Translations under genes and position numbers: made by a program
Origin: Octopus bimaculoides
Lineage: Eukaryota
DNA length: 43,556 nucleotides
NCBI RefSeq assembly: GCF_001194135.2
Contig: NC_068982.1
Coordinates: forward strand, 38,785,375 to 38,828,930
Reading direction: 5' to 3'
Shown here: piece after piece, positions 1 to 11,808 of the stretch
How positions within the stretch are numbered: the first letter of the stretch is position 1
Layout: the number at the start of each line of letters is the position of its first letter
The notes under the pieces: model-generated
What the model saw: only the letters and a program-made list of their open reading frames with translations
Databases searched by the model: none
What the model was told of the DNA's origin: nothing

Positions 1-147
1 TCCTTTCGAAGTCGATAAATCAAGTACCAGTGAAATTCTGGGGTCGATGTAATCGACTAGTCGGTAAATTTTCAGATTAATACCCGCACGATTTTCACTA
101 GGGTGTTAGGGTTAGGGTTTTAGGGTTAGTTTTAGGGTTAGGGTTAT

Positions 148-184
<37 letters not shown>

Positions 185-429
185 GGCGTTAGGGTTACGG
201 TTAGGGTTAAGGACGGAATTCCCTTACCCTAACCCTAAAACCTTAACCCTAACCGTAACCGTAACCGTAACCCTAAACCCTAACCCTAAAACTAACCCTA
301 AGACTCTAACCCTGACCCCAAAACCCTAACCCTAACACCCTAGTGAAAATCGTGCGGGTGTTAATCTGAAAATTTACCGACTAGTCCTCTCCTCCCAAAT
401 TTCAGGCCTTGTGCTTATAATAGAAAGGA

Positions 430-430
<1 letters not shown>
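1..430 (+). mobile_element. tRNA-derived SINE family A, 3' part, split by the telomeric foldback element
   Basis: 1-62 and 379-430 join to match the intact copy at 639-870 (GTCGATGTAATCGACTA..CCCAAATTTCAGGCCTTGTGC). Confidence 0.9.
63..378. mobile_element. Foldback MITE-like DNA element with inverted telomeric (TTAGGG)n/(CCCTAA)n arms
   Basis: Ends GGTAAATTTTCAGATTAAYACCCGCACGATTTTCACTAGGGTG are near-perfect inverted repeats (1 mismatch) that continue into degenerate TTAGGG and CCCTAA arrays. GACTAGTC is duplicated at 55-62 and 379-386. The element interrupts a SINE. Confidence 0.9.
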
Positions 431-638
<208 letters not shown>

Positions 639-1292
639 AAGGCGGCGAGGTGGCAGAAACGTTAGCACGCCGGGCAAAATGCTTAGCGGTATTTCGTCCG
701 TCTTCACATTCTGAGTTCAAATTCCGCCGAGGTCGACCTTGCCTTTCATCCTTTCGGGATCGATAAATTAAGTACTAGTGAAACACCAGGGCCGATGTAA
801 TCGACTATACCCCTCCCCAAAATTTCAGGCCTTGTGCCTATAGTAGAAATGAATATTATTATTATCATCATTAAGACGGCGAGCTGGCAGAATCGTTAGC
901 ACGCCGGCCAAAATGCTTAGCGGCAATTCGTTTATCTTAACTTTCTGAGTTTAAATTCTGCCGAGGTTGACTTTGTCTTTATCCTTTTGGGGTCGATAAA
1001 ATAAGTACCAGTTGAATACTGGGTCGATGGAATCAACTCATCCTCACCTCCCCCAAGCTGCACTTGAGGCAAAAATTTGAAATAATAATAATTATAATAA
1101 TAATAATTATTATTAAGGTGGTGAGCTGGTAGAATCTCTAGCCTACCAGGCGAAATGCTTAGCCTTTCATCCTTTCTGGGTTGATTAAATAAGTACCAGT
1201 TACACACTTGGGTCGATGTAATCGACTTAATCCCTTCCCCCAAATTTGAGGCCTTGTGTTTCCAGTAGAAAGAATTATTATTATTGTTGTTG

Positions 1293-1327
<35 letters not shown>

Positions 1328-1430
1328 ATTCTTTCGGGCTCGATATAATTAGTACCAGCTGAGCACTGGAGTTGATGTAGTCAACTTCCCTTTCCTTCAA
1401 AAACTGCTGGCCTTGTGCCAAAATTAGAAT
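639..1430 (+). mobile_element. Head-to-tail array of SINE family A copies (starts about 639, 873, 1115; partial about 1330)
   Basis: Repeated head AAGGCGGCGAGCTGGCAGAA..GTTAGC with B-box-like GAGTTCAAATTCC. Each copy ends in an (ATT)n/(AAT)n tail. The third copy has an internal deletion. Confidence 0.9.
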
Positions 1431-1587
1431 ATATATGTATTTTTTTTGTTTTTGTTTAGCAGCCGATCGATATCCGACAATTCTGATCGAACTTCTGTCA
1501 AATTAACTATTCATTCCTCTGAAGTCAATAAATTAAGTTTCGGAATTTAATTAGGATGCGTTCAATGCATCCGCATTTAATAACATG

Positions 1588-1590
<3 letters not shown>

Positions 1591-1619
<29 letters not shown>

Positions 1620-1645
1620 CATACATACATACATACATACATACA
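1591..1645. repeat. (CATA)n microsatellite
   Basis: Direct reading. Confidence 0.95.
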
Positions 1646-2544
1646 TGATATAACAATATATGTACAGTCCGATGATTGCTTACTTGGCTGAAACTTCGAA
1701 GTCACTGTCAACAATCTTGTTATGAATAATAAATTTGTAGTTTACAAAAAAATTATGGAATAATCCTTTAGATTAATGTAAGATTGCCTTTATTATAAGT
1801 GAACATAAACACACACACACACACACATATATATGTATATATATATATATACACTCACACGCACATACATGTACACACGCCAGCATCTGTCATTTCTAAG
1901 CAACAATAAGAAGCCTGGGTGCAGGAAGAACTAAGGTGTTTTCAATAGTGTGGAGGTTTAACAGTAAGTGTAGACTCCGCTTTGCGAACGTAATGTAAAC
2001 TACTAATGAGAAAAGAGAAACAAAATCAGTGGTGGCGGAGCTCTACGTCGTATCTGCTCTGCATATTTATACATCATTCATAATCTTAGACATACCATGA
2101 CTTAAATGTAATCATCATGATACACGCGTATATTTTGATGTAAATCCCTATGAAGTTAACTAACAAGCAACAAGAAGCAAAAAACAGACTACGAAAATAC
2201 TAAATAGGGACCAAGGAATTGTGTTTAATTTATCGGAGCTGCTTTTGATAATTACAAGAAATATTCACGGTAAGAAGTTGTATTGTAACAAACGTTTTTT
2301 TTTTTTTCGTAAATCATTTTTTTATTATTAACTTATATTTGTTATATTTATTTCACTTTTAGCCCTTTCAACAATAGTTACCTATTTGTTTAAACCAAGG
2401 AGTTGGGATTACCGCAGCTGGCTTAATGCCCGAAAGAATTTACTTTTCCTCGTCTAATTCTTATTTTTGACTTCACTTTAGAGGTATTTTCGGTAAATGT
2501 TTACAAATTTTACCGTTATTTCTCCAGGATCGATAAAATGATCG

Positions 2545-2760
2545 TTGTTGTTCCTGTTATTGTTGTTGTTTTTTAATAACTTCTGAGCAGCCTGGACTCA
2601 GCAAGCCTATAATCGAGGCTTTCCAGCTAGGACCACCATACCTTTTTAGGTGTATCTAGAACTACGTTATACAATGTACCTTACCTATTTTCGCTAAAAG
2701 ATTATTTGAGGTGAATCGGCTACTATTGCTAGCGGATCAAGCTTTCTCATTGGCTCGTTA
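2545..2760 (-). mobile_element. Old SINE family D copy with (AAC)n tail
   Basis: Similar in order and motifs to 22095-22300, 22525-22740 and 41822-42000 (GTT tail, TATCTAG/ATCCAGGACTA, GCTATTTCTAGC). Confidence 0.55.
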
Positions 2761-3041
2761 AATCATCAGTTAAAACATACGAAGATGGATCTAAGCAAAT
2801 ATATATATATATATATATTCCTCGAATAATGGAACTGCAAATACAATATCTTTATATATCCTATTTCTACTTTCATTCTCGTATTTCCCTCTATATTACT
2901 TATCTCCTCCTTTTCCACAATAATTCGAACTCAAATATTTTCTCACACCGTCTCTAATAAAGGGTTATCCATAATATCCCAGAAACAGCTGTAAGACTAT
3001 TCCTTTATAAATGTCCTGAAAACTCCTCACAGCCTTGGATT

Positions 3042-3988
3042 NNNNNNNNNNNNNNNNNNNNNNNNNNNNNNNNNNNNNNNNNNNNNNNNNNNNNNNNNNN
3101 NNNNNNNNNNNNNNNNNNNNNNNNNNNNNNNNNNNNNNNNNNNNNNNNNNNNNNNNNNNNNNNNNNNNNNNNNNNNNNNNNNNNNNNNNNNNNNNNNNNN
3201 NNNNNNNNNNNNNNNNNNNNNNNNNNNNNNNNNNNNNNNNNNNNNNNNNNNNNNNNNNNNNNNNNNNNNNNNNNNNNNNNNNNNNNNNNNNNNNNNNNNN
3301 NNNNNNNNNNNNNNNNNNNNNNNNNNNNNNNNNNNNNNNNNNNNNNNNNNNNNNNNNNNNNNNNNNNNNNNNNNNNNNNNNNNNNNNNNNNNNNNNNNNN
3401 NNNNNNNNNNNNNNNNNNNNNNNNNNNNNNNNNNNNNNNNNNNNNNNNNNNNNNNNNNNNNNNNNNNNNNNNNNNNNNNNNNNNNNNNNNNNNNNNNNNN
3501 NNNNNNNNNNNNNNNNNNNNNNNNNNNNNNNNNNNNNNNNNNNNNNNNNNNNNNNNNNNNNNNNNNNNNNNNNNNNNNNNNNNNNNNNNNNNNNNNNNNN
3601 NNNNNNNNNNNNNNNNNNNNNNNNNNNNNNNNNNNNNNNNNNNNNNNNNNNNNNNNNNNNNNNNNNNNNNNNNNNNNNNNNNNNNNNNNNNNNNNNNNNN
3701 NNNNNNNNNNNNNNNNNNNNNNNNNNNNNNNNNNNNNNNNNNNNNNNNNNNNNNNNNNNNNNNNNNNNNNNNNNNNNNNNNNNNNNNNNNNNNNNNNNNN
3801 NNNNNNNNNNNNNNNNNNNNNNNNNNNNNNNNNNNNNNNNNNNNNNNNNNNNNNNNNNNNNNNNNNNNNNNNNNNNNNNNNNNNNNNNNNNNNNNNNNNN
3901 NNNNNNNNNNNNNNNNNNNNNNNNNNNNNNNNNNNNNNNNNNNNNNNNNNNNNNNNNNNNNNNNNNNNNNNNNNNNNNNNNNNNNNNN
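3042..3988. other. Assembly gap
   Basis: Run of N. Confidence 1.
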
Positions 3989-4036
<48 letters not shown>

Positions 4037-4044
4037 ATATGTTT

Positions 4045-4205
4045 ATGTATGTTTGTGTTTGTGCCCCCAACATCGCTTGACAACCGACGCTGGTGTGTTT
4101 ACGTCCTCGTAACTTAGCGGTCCTGGGGTCGTTTTGTTCGACTAAAGGCGATACTACAGCGTGGCCGCAGTCAAATGACTGAAACAAATAAAAGAATAAA
4201 AGAAT
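4045..4205 (+). mobile_element. SINE family B, 3' half
   Basis: Matches the reverse complement of 42025-42220 (CATCGCTTGACAACCGA..CGACTAAAGGCG..AATGACTGAAACAAATAAAAGAATA). Confidence 0.85.
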
Positions 4206-4351
4206 GTATATATTAACTAAGTCCTGGAACCCTTATTCGAATTTCCAGATATCACAGAACCTAGTCCTATATTTTACTGATCTCCCCTCCTCAACTTAAA
4301 AACAAAACAAAACAAAAAAAGTGGGACAAAACATGTTTCAGAGAATTTATT

Positions 4352-4540
4352 CATGTATGTATAATTCACAGGGCCAACCTTGTCACATTCAGTTAGTCAC
4401 GCTGAATCTCCCCGAGAACTACGTTAAGGGCACGCGTATCAGTGGAGTTCTCAGTGACTTCCTTGTTAATTTCACGAGCAGGCTTTTCCGTTGATCGAAT
4501 CAACTGGAGGACTCAACGTCGTAACCGACGGACAGCCAGG
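4352..4540 (+). mobile_element. SINE family C, 3' part
   Basis: Matches 34530-34700 (CTTGTCACA..CCCCGAGAACTAC..AATTTCACGAGCAGGCT..GTCGTAAC). Confidence 0.85.
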
Positions 4541-4697
4541 CTGTATATATATATATATATATATCAGCATGGCCGCAGCTCTGAGCTGAAACTTTGAAAT
4601 GAAATATATACAACCTCCCTCTCTCTCTCTCTCGCTCTCTATATATATATATTTATATATATCGGTAGTTCATAAATCCGAAAAGAAATACTCTAAA

Positions 4698-4800
4698 ACT
4701 AAATATGTAATGGTTTCAAATTTTGGCTCAAAGCCAGCAATTTCGGAGAGGAGATCAGTCGATTACAGCGACCCCAAACTGGTACTTATTTTATCGACTC
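4698..4800 (-). mobile_element. SINE family A, 3' part, truncated by gap
   Basis: AGTCGATTACAGCGACCCC..CTGGTACTTATTTTATCGAC is the reverse complement of the family A body. Confidence 0.8.
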
Positions 4801-5339
4801 NNNNNNNNNNNNNNNNNNNNNNNNNNNNNNNNNNNNNNNNNNNNNNNNNNNNNNNNNNNNNNNNNNNNNNNNNNNNNNNNNNNNNNNNNNNNNNNNNNNN
4901 NNNNNNNNNNNNNNNNNNNNNNNNNNNNNNNNNNNNNNNNNNNNNNNNNNNNNNNNNNNNNNNNNNNNNNNNNNNNNNNNNNNNNNNNNNNNNNNNNNNN
5001 NNNNNNNNNNNNNNNNNNNNNNNNNNNNNNNNNNNNNNNNNNNNNNNNNNNNNNNNNNNNNNNNNNNNNNNNNNNNNNNNNNNNNNNNNNNNNNNNNNNN
5101 NNNNNNNNNNNNNNNNNNNNNNNNNNNNNNNNNNNNNNNNNNNNNNNNNNNNNNNNNNNNNNNNNNNNNNNNNNNNNNNNNNNNNNNNNNNNNNNNNNNN
5201 NNNNNNNNNNNNNNNNNNNNNNNNNNNNNNNNNNNNNNNNNNNNNNNNNNNNNNNNNNNNNNNNNNNNNNNNNNNNNNNNNNNNNNNNNNNNNNNNNNNN
5301 NNNNNNNNNNNNNNNNNNNNNNNNNNNNNNNNNNNNNNN
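4801..5339. other. Assembly gap
   Basis: Run of N. Confidence 1.
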
Positions 5340-5693
5340 TTGTGTGTGTGTGTGTGCGTGTGTGTGTGTGGTGAATATCAGGTTTTTTCATTATACATTC
5401 GTTAGACCGTTTATCTTTTATTTTGCCGAACGAACCCTCAAATTTTTTTTTCTCTGAACCCTAGATTTCCTCGTAACCAACTTGGGTAAACACGCCTAAA
5501 TACTTCACAGTATTCAGTTACTTTCTTCTACTTTCTGAGTGAATACTCAGCAGTTGTAGAATTCAACGCTTACAAGATCGATATATTTCGTTTGGTGCCA
5601 TTCATTATACTCATTTCCTGGAAAACTGACCTTGTGCCTAGTCTGAAAGGTAAAAGAAAAAGCAAGTATTAATTTCATAATGCTATAAAGGGT

Positions 5694-5863
5694 CAGTAGT
5701 ATATCTAGAGTGTGTGCTGCCCGACGAAGCCTTTGGGTATGCCAGCCTACTTCTTAGGGTATAAGCTGATAGAGGCTTATAAGCAGACCTAAAAGTGCAG
5801 CCCCCATAAAAGCGTCGCTTAGGGCGGATCGCTCCTCGCCTCCGCCCCTTAGCTACGCTACTG
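5694..5863. mobile_element. MITE-like element with CAGTAG..CTACTG ends
   Basis: Left CAGTAGTATATCTA and right TAGCTACGCTACTG are imperfect TIRs. The internal sequence recurs inverted at about 19000-19175. No clear TSD. Confidence 0.6.
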
Positions 5864-5960
5864 ACTGAAATATAGAAGGAGTAATTATCATATATTACAA
5901 GAAAAGTAACCTCCCACGTATTTAGGGGTCCAATATTAGTCTTAGTCGGCTGTGAATGCA

Positions 5961-6178
5961 TGTGGGGGTGCTGAAAAGTTCCTGGATTTGAGTAAAAGAA
6001 AATGCAGAAGGATCATTTAATTATGAATTAGTGCAACATATTCCCTTCTCAGATTCACACACTTATTGTAGCGGTCCTTTGAGTTTTTCTAAACCCTGTC
6101 AAAGAACTCAGAAGGTTGAGCCTCCAACCAGGTCTTTCGCGATACCCTTAAAGCCAGGAACTTTTCAGTACCCCTTCG
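5961..6178. mobile_element. Mariner-type MITE
   Basis: TIRs GGGGGTGCTGAAAAGTTCCTGG and CCAGGAACTTTTCAGTACCCCTTCG. TA at 6179-6180; the left TA is mutated. Confidence 0.85.
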
Positions 6179-7244
6179 TATATGTAGGGGCTCTAGTATT
6201 TTGCCTTGTCCAGGCCGACAGTGTCATCGTAATGACCCTGGAGATGAATGACTATATTATGTTATGGTTGTAATTCAGCTCGAGGTCAAACTTAATTGAG
6301 CAGACCTCTGATCAAAAGCATTACTACTAGCGTGACCCCAGTGACATAGCATGGGACATAAGGGACGTGCTGACCGCAGAGGACAGCCACTTTATAAATT
6401 GTATTTGTTTTAGTGGTAAGTATGTTATATTTAAAGAAGGGTGTTGCAGTGAGACAGCCTGTTTTAGGTCTTCAGTATAAACCTCTATAAACTTAGAAGC
6501 CCAGAAAGATGGTTGCAAACTGAAGCGAAGCTCCGGTCCGGGCACCACACACTCTAGCTACCTCCGCTGGAGTGCGGCGGATTAGGTTACCATTCAAGGT
6601 GACCGACCATAAACTAGTCCACGATGTTGGTTGACAATCAATTGTATCTTTTGTACATCAAAAACCACATCGTTACTGTGCTTATACATTTTAAAGCCTG
6701 ATGGTGTGATTAGAGAGTGAGTCGAACTTCAACGTAGAGGTTCTTGAAGACAAACCCTACCAAATTTACGTCACAATCGTTGTTGCTTCATAGATCCTCT
6801 GCACATTGTTTATGATCTTTCTCATCCCTTGATATGGCAGTATAGTAAATGCGCTTACTTTAGTGGCTTTGAATTCTTCCACCAAAGGGAGAAGTGGTAA
6901 GAAGACTTGGAGGTGTTGCTATACAAGTTGACAGAGCTGACAGGTGAGAGAACTTGCATCCAGGTGGGTAGTGTTGGAAGGGAATGTAGCAAGAATAGCT
7001 GTTGCAGTCTAGGTATCATGGCCGTCTCAAGGCATGGACACACTGGGTAGTTGTCCAGGAGCCTCACAGGTCGAGGGGCTCGGTCCTGACCTATGTAACT
7101 TCTGGCTTTCTGTCCATAAAATATATACTATAGGGTCGAGTTCCCTGGTTTGCCCAGGGGCTATAATACTGTTAAGACGGCTCTGCTAGGTGTGTGATGT
7201 CAGATTTGAAGCCCTTAAACCTTTCTCTCTCTCTCTCTCTCTCT

Positions 7245-8195
7245 GTGTATACATATCTACTACATATGTGGAAAATCGGTGTGAGTTTGTTTGTGGCGTT
7301 GTACATCGTTTTATTGATTTTGATGAAACTTGACACATGAGTACAACTCATGACTGAAAACCTCGTGACATACTTAAATTGATGAAAAATTGATAATATG
7401 GCCTGTGGAAGGGATCCTTATATCTACCTCATATAACTATTTTTTTGAACACCCAAGGGAAATAACCCATAGCATCTGCACAATATTTTTTTAAACACTC
7501 AAGAGAAATAACCCATAGCACCTCCACTTACAGTTGTTAGTTTTCAGCGAAGCGATCAATATTTGATTCTCACTACTCACAGTCTTCAACTGCTAAACCT
7601 TATTATTGCTCTTTCTTGATGCATGTACACTTTCAATGCCCATAACTCCGATAATTCTGCATTTTGCCAGTTAAAATTTTTCTGACAGTACATAAATTTT
7701 TGATTCCAGAACGTATTTAATAAGTGAGTCCCAATACAATGAACTCATACTTTGAAAGCTTAAAATTTTTTTTTTTAAATGAAACCAAACTTCCACACCA
7801 CATTCATTTGGGACATCCTGTATCACTTATACTTATTTTACAAATTATAATATTTATTGCTTATTTACAGTTCATACAACATTTTTGTGAAACTAATTGA
7901 GCCATCGAATTTAGAAATATTATACAGGTTTCATTGTTTATGTACGATTACTTTGAATATTGATCTTTTGTGTGTCCAATTTCTAATTTTTGCAGACAAT
8001 ATCACTTTTATACTTTATTTGACACATGAGTAGAAGTCATGTCTGGAAACCTTGTAACATACTTAGATTGTTGAAAAAATCGATAATAGGGCCCCTCCAA
8101 TGGATCCTTCTATCTACTATATATTACTAATATTTTATTTAAACAACCCAAGAGAAATAACCCATACCACCTGCAGTTTTTAGCGAAGCGGTTAC
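7245..8195 (+). mobile_element. Non-autonomous Helitron/Helentron-like element with about 200-bp direct repeat (7335-7555 vs 8020-8195)
   Basis: The direct repeat is seen directly. The motifs GATTTTGATGAAACTTGACACA and terminal AGCGAAGCG resemble DINE-1/HINE-type elements (from recall). Confidence 0.45.
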
Positions 8196-9544
8196 ACATT
8201 TCCCAGATGCCTTCGCTAAGCAGAATAATGTCTTTCCCACTTGACCCTTCTAACCTCTTCTAGACCACCAGGGGCTGGGATGGAGATTACAGACCTCCAA
8301 CGAAATCATTTGTTGTCAACAATATGTCTATCTTTCTGGTTGCTTTTCGATAGTTATAAAAACAAGAACACCGTAAGCTGAGAGCGACCATCAGTAAAGG
8401 TTTGTTAGGTGAGCTGGTTCTGTTATGGTTCAGTAGTTTTGGCTGGTGTTTAGGGGTTTATATTTATTACTCACAAGTAAAGAATGGTGTGTATTTGAGT
8501 GTAAGGGTATGTGTGTATGTATGGTGAGCTGAAATTTTTCAAGCACAAGATCCAAATTTTGAACAAAGTGCAAAATTTTCTACTACCATAACAAATGCTT
8601 CTGTGTGTTATTAGGAAATTTATAGAGAGCAAAAAAAAGCTTCTTCTTAGCAAACAACTCTAGATTTGTTTTTTAAAAAGAAATCTACAAGTCTGTCTAT
8701 GAGTGCTGGTGAATCGGTGATTGTGTCTACAAGTGATAGTGTGAGTCTAGTGCAAGTGAAAGTGATTCAGAAAACGATTATAATAATGTTTTTGATTATA
8801 AATGATCTTGACATTCTTTTTACTTTACATAAAATATTCTTTACATTCTACTGTTATTTTATTGCCATTTATTTACTAGTATTATAAGTTATTTGGTAAA
8901 ATATTTATCTGGGAATGAATTATGATTTATAACATTGCTATTGTGGGAAATTATTGCTCTGCTTTATGAGTTTTTGCTTTACGAGCAGTCTCCAGGAACG
9001 AATTATATTGAGGCATTACTGTAGATGTATGTATAAGTGTAAATACACACAAACACTCACATATATGTGTATGTATCTATATATGTACACACACACACAC
9101 ACACACACACACTTTGCATATTTGTTATATGCTTCACACTGCCTTTTGAGCTGCAACTAAGCTTCTTTATAAGATTTGCTTGTCATTGTTATTTGTTGAC
9201 TTTTTCCTTTTCATACTCTTTGATAATATAAGAAACAGTGAAGTACTGGATTCCTTTCATTTATTATATAAGACTCTTATTCAGAATAATGTCCTTCACT
9301 AGTAAGGTCATATGTATAGTTTTGCTTGTCATGTTTGAGTATTTTTAACAAAGTTTAGCTATGGAACCAAATTGAAAATATAACCAAAGTCCATAACAAT
9401 AATGAAACAAGTTTGCATGTTATGCTTTCAACAACCATAAGTATGGAATGAAATCGAAAACATAATCAAAATCTTTCAGAAAATACAACAATTTTTTGAC
9501 GATTTATAAATTTTTGCATCAAAATAGAAATAAGAATACATGGT

Positions 9545-9745
9545 TGGCATGTCTCCTTGAGACAGCAAGGCACCAGGTATCTTGGTCATTTGTCATCTCA
9601 TATGAAAGTTTTGCATCCTGAGGTTGTTCTTCAGTACTTCATCCCATGTCATCCTAGGTCTCCCTCTTCTGTGAGTTCCATCCACTTTGAGTGATCAACA
9701 CTTCTTTATGGAGTTGTCAGCATCCATCCACATCACAAATGTGAA
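9545..9745 (-). mobile_element. RTE-clade LINE 3' fragment
   Basis: Minus-strand translation KVDGTHRRGRPRMTWDEVLKNNLR matches the RTE C-terminal RGRPRxTW motif. Confidence 0.7.
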
Positions 9746-9861
9746 TTGATATATGTCTTGTTAGAAACTATAGGCATATCTCAGCTTACATTAGTAATTG
9801 GTTCCAAGACAGGTTATTTAACTAAAAATAAAATTATACAACATGAAAAAAACATTTAAAA

Positions 9862-10260
9862 GATATGTGACTGTGTGGTAAGAAGCTTGCTTCCCAACCA
9901 TATGATTTTGGGTTCAGTCTCATTACGTGGCACCTTGGGCAGGTATCTTCTACAATAACCTTGGGCCAACCAAAGCAATGTGAGTGGATTTGGGAGACGG
10001 AAACTGAAAGAAGCCTGTCGTATATATATGTATGCATTTATATATATGTGTCTTTGTGCTTGTGTTTGTGCCCCCATCACTGCTTGACAAGCTGTGTTGA
10101 TGTGCTTAACCCCCATATCTTAGCGGCTCAGCAAAAAAGACTGATAGAATAAGTACCAGGCTTAAAAAGAAGCCCTGGGGTTGATTTGTCCGACTAAAAG
10201 GTGGTGCTTAAGCATGGCTGCAGTCACATGACTGAAACAAGTAAAAGAATAAAAGAATTA
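9862..10260 (+). mobile_element. SINE family B, full length, CpG-decayed
   Basis: tRNA-like head (GTGTGGTAAG..GGGTTCAGTC), CORE-like GGCACCTTGGGCA, internal TA/TG repeat, AATAAAAG tail. Confidence 0.9.
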
Positions 10261-10439
10261 TATCTGTTTGAATGAATGGTTTGTACATGTTTTCATATGT
10301 ATTTTATTTCATTTTCCTTTTCACTATTGACTGATAGGTAGGTGTCTTTTAAATTTTTATGCTTCTAAATATCTTTGCTAAAACTGAATTGAAGTTGAAT
10401 AAATTTTCTAAAGTCAAGGTTTATTTTTTCCCTTATTAA

Positions 10440-10696
10440 CCCATTACCTCCCATAATTCTATTAACTGGAATTTTTTAAATGAAACTTTGACTTCTGGCA
10501 TAAAACAGCCTTAGAAACATGCTGGAATGATCAAAATAACATTTCAAAATAACATTTTAAATAGAAATAAACGAGATATTGGGTGAAAAATTAGCAAACC
10601 TCATTTGAATATCAGAGAAATATACCTAGTACATATAACAAAAAGGTTAGGTAGGTGTAAATATTGGCAGATATGAGATCACTGGTAGGTAAAGGG
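10440..10696. mobile_element. piggyBac-type MITE
   Basis: TTAA-CCCATTACCT ... AGGTAAAGGG-TTAA, with TTAA at 10436-10439 and 10697-10700. Confidence 0.75.
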
Positions 10697-11082
10697 TTAA
10701 ATGATGGAAAAATTGAAAATGACATAATTTGAAACGACATAAGTTGTGGTATGCCTGTATGGAACAAGAGAAAAGCAGAAAAGTTACTGGATATAACTAA
10801 AATTATTTTAAATCATGTAAAAAAACAAAACAAAACTAAATTTATAGAAGTACTGAGCAATTTTATTAAAGATTTGTAGCTATTTCTTAAAAAAAAAATG
10901 CAATTTATTTTCATTACATGTTTCTGACTAACAGCAGTTATGAGGAATCTGTACAGAGGTGGTGTGAAGCTAACATTGTATTTTCTTTACTTTGGCTACA
11001 GTCAGTAGTGGTTCAGGCCATGGCTAATTTAATAGCAGTTTAGTCCACATCATGCTCATTGAACATATGTGTGTATATATAC

Positions 11083-11143
<61 letters not shown>

Positions 11144-11753
11144 NNNNNNNNNNNNNNNNNNNNNNNNNNNNNNNNNNNNNNNNNNNNNNNNNNNNNNNNN
11201 NNNNNNNNNNNNNNNNNNNNNNNNNNNNNNNNNNNNNNNNNNNNNNNNNNNNNNNNNNNNNNNNNNNNNNNNNNNNNNNNNNNNNNNNNNNNNNNNNNNN
11301 NNNNNNNNNNNNNNNNNNNNNNNNNNNNNNNNNNNNNNNNNNNNNNNNNNNNNNNNNNNNNNNNNNNNNNNNNNNNNNNNNNNNNNNNNNNNNNNNNNNN
11401 NNNNNNNNNNNNNNNNNNNNNNNNNNNNNNNNNNNNNNNNNNNNNNNNNNNNNNNNNNNNNNNNNNNNNNNNNNNNNNNNNNNNNNNNNNNNNNNNNNNN
11501 NNNNNNNNNNNNNNNNNNNNNNNNNNNNNNNNNNNNNNNNNNNNNNNNNNNNNNNNNNNNNNNNNNNNNNNNNNNNNNNNNNNNNNNNNNNNNNNNNNNN
11601 NNNNNNNNNNNNNNNNNNNNNNNNNNNNNNNNNNNNNNNNNNNNNNNNNNNNNNNNNNNNNNNNNNNNNNNNNNNNNNNNNNNNNNNNNNNNNNNNNNNN
11701 NNNNNNNNNNNNNNNNNNNNNNNNNNNNNNNNNNNNNNNNNNNNNNNNNNNNN
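11144..11753. other. Assembly gap flanked by (TA)n
   Basis: Run of N. Confidence 1.
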
Positions 11754-11768
11754 ATATATATATGTGTG

Positions 11769-11808
<40 letters not shown>

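Noticed and set aside
104-340. Ancestral telomere-telomere chromosome fusion site (TTAGGG then CCCTAA)
   Set aside because: The arrays are enclosed by matching unique TIRs and a duplicated target inside a SINE, which indicates a transposon insertion.
2965-5457. Long ORFs of 200-386 aa (also 11052-11835 and 38070-38433)
   Set aside because: They are open only because they cross N-gaps and dinucleotide repeats.
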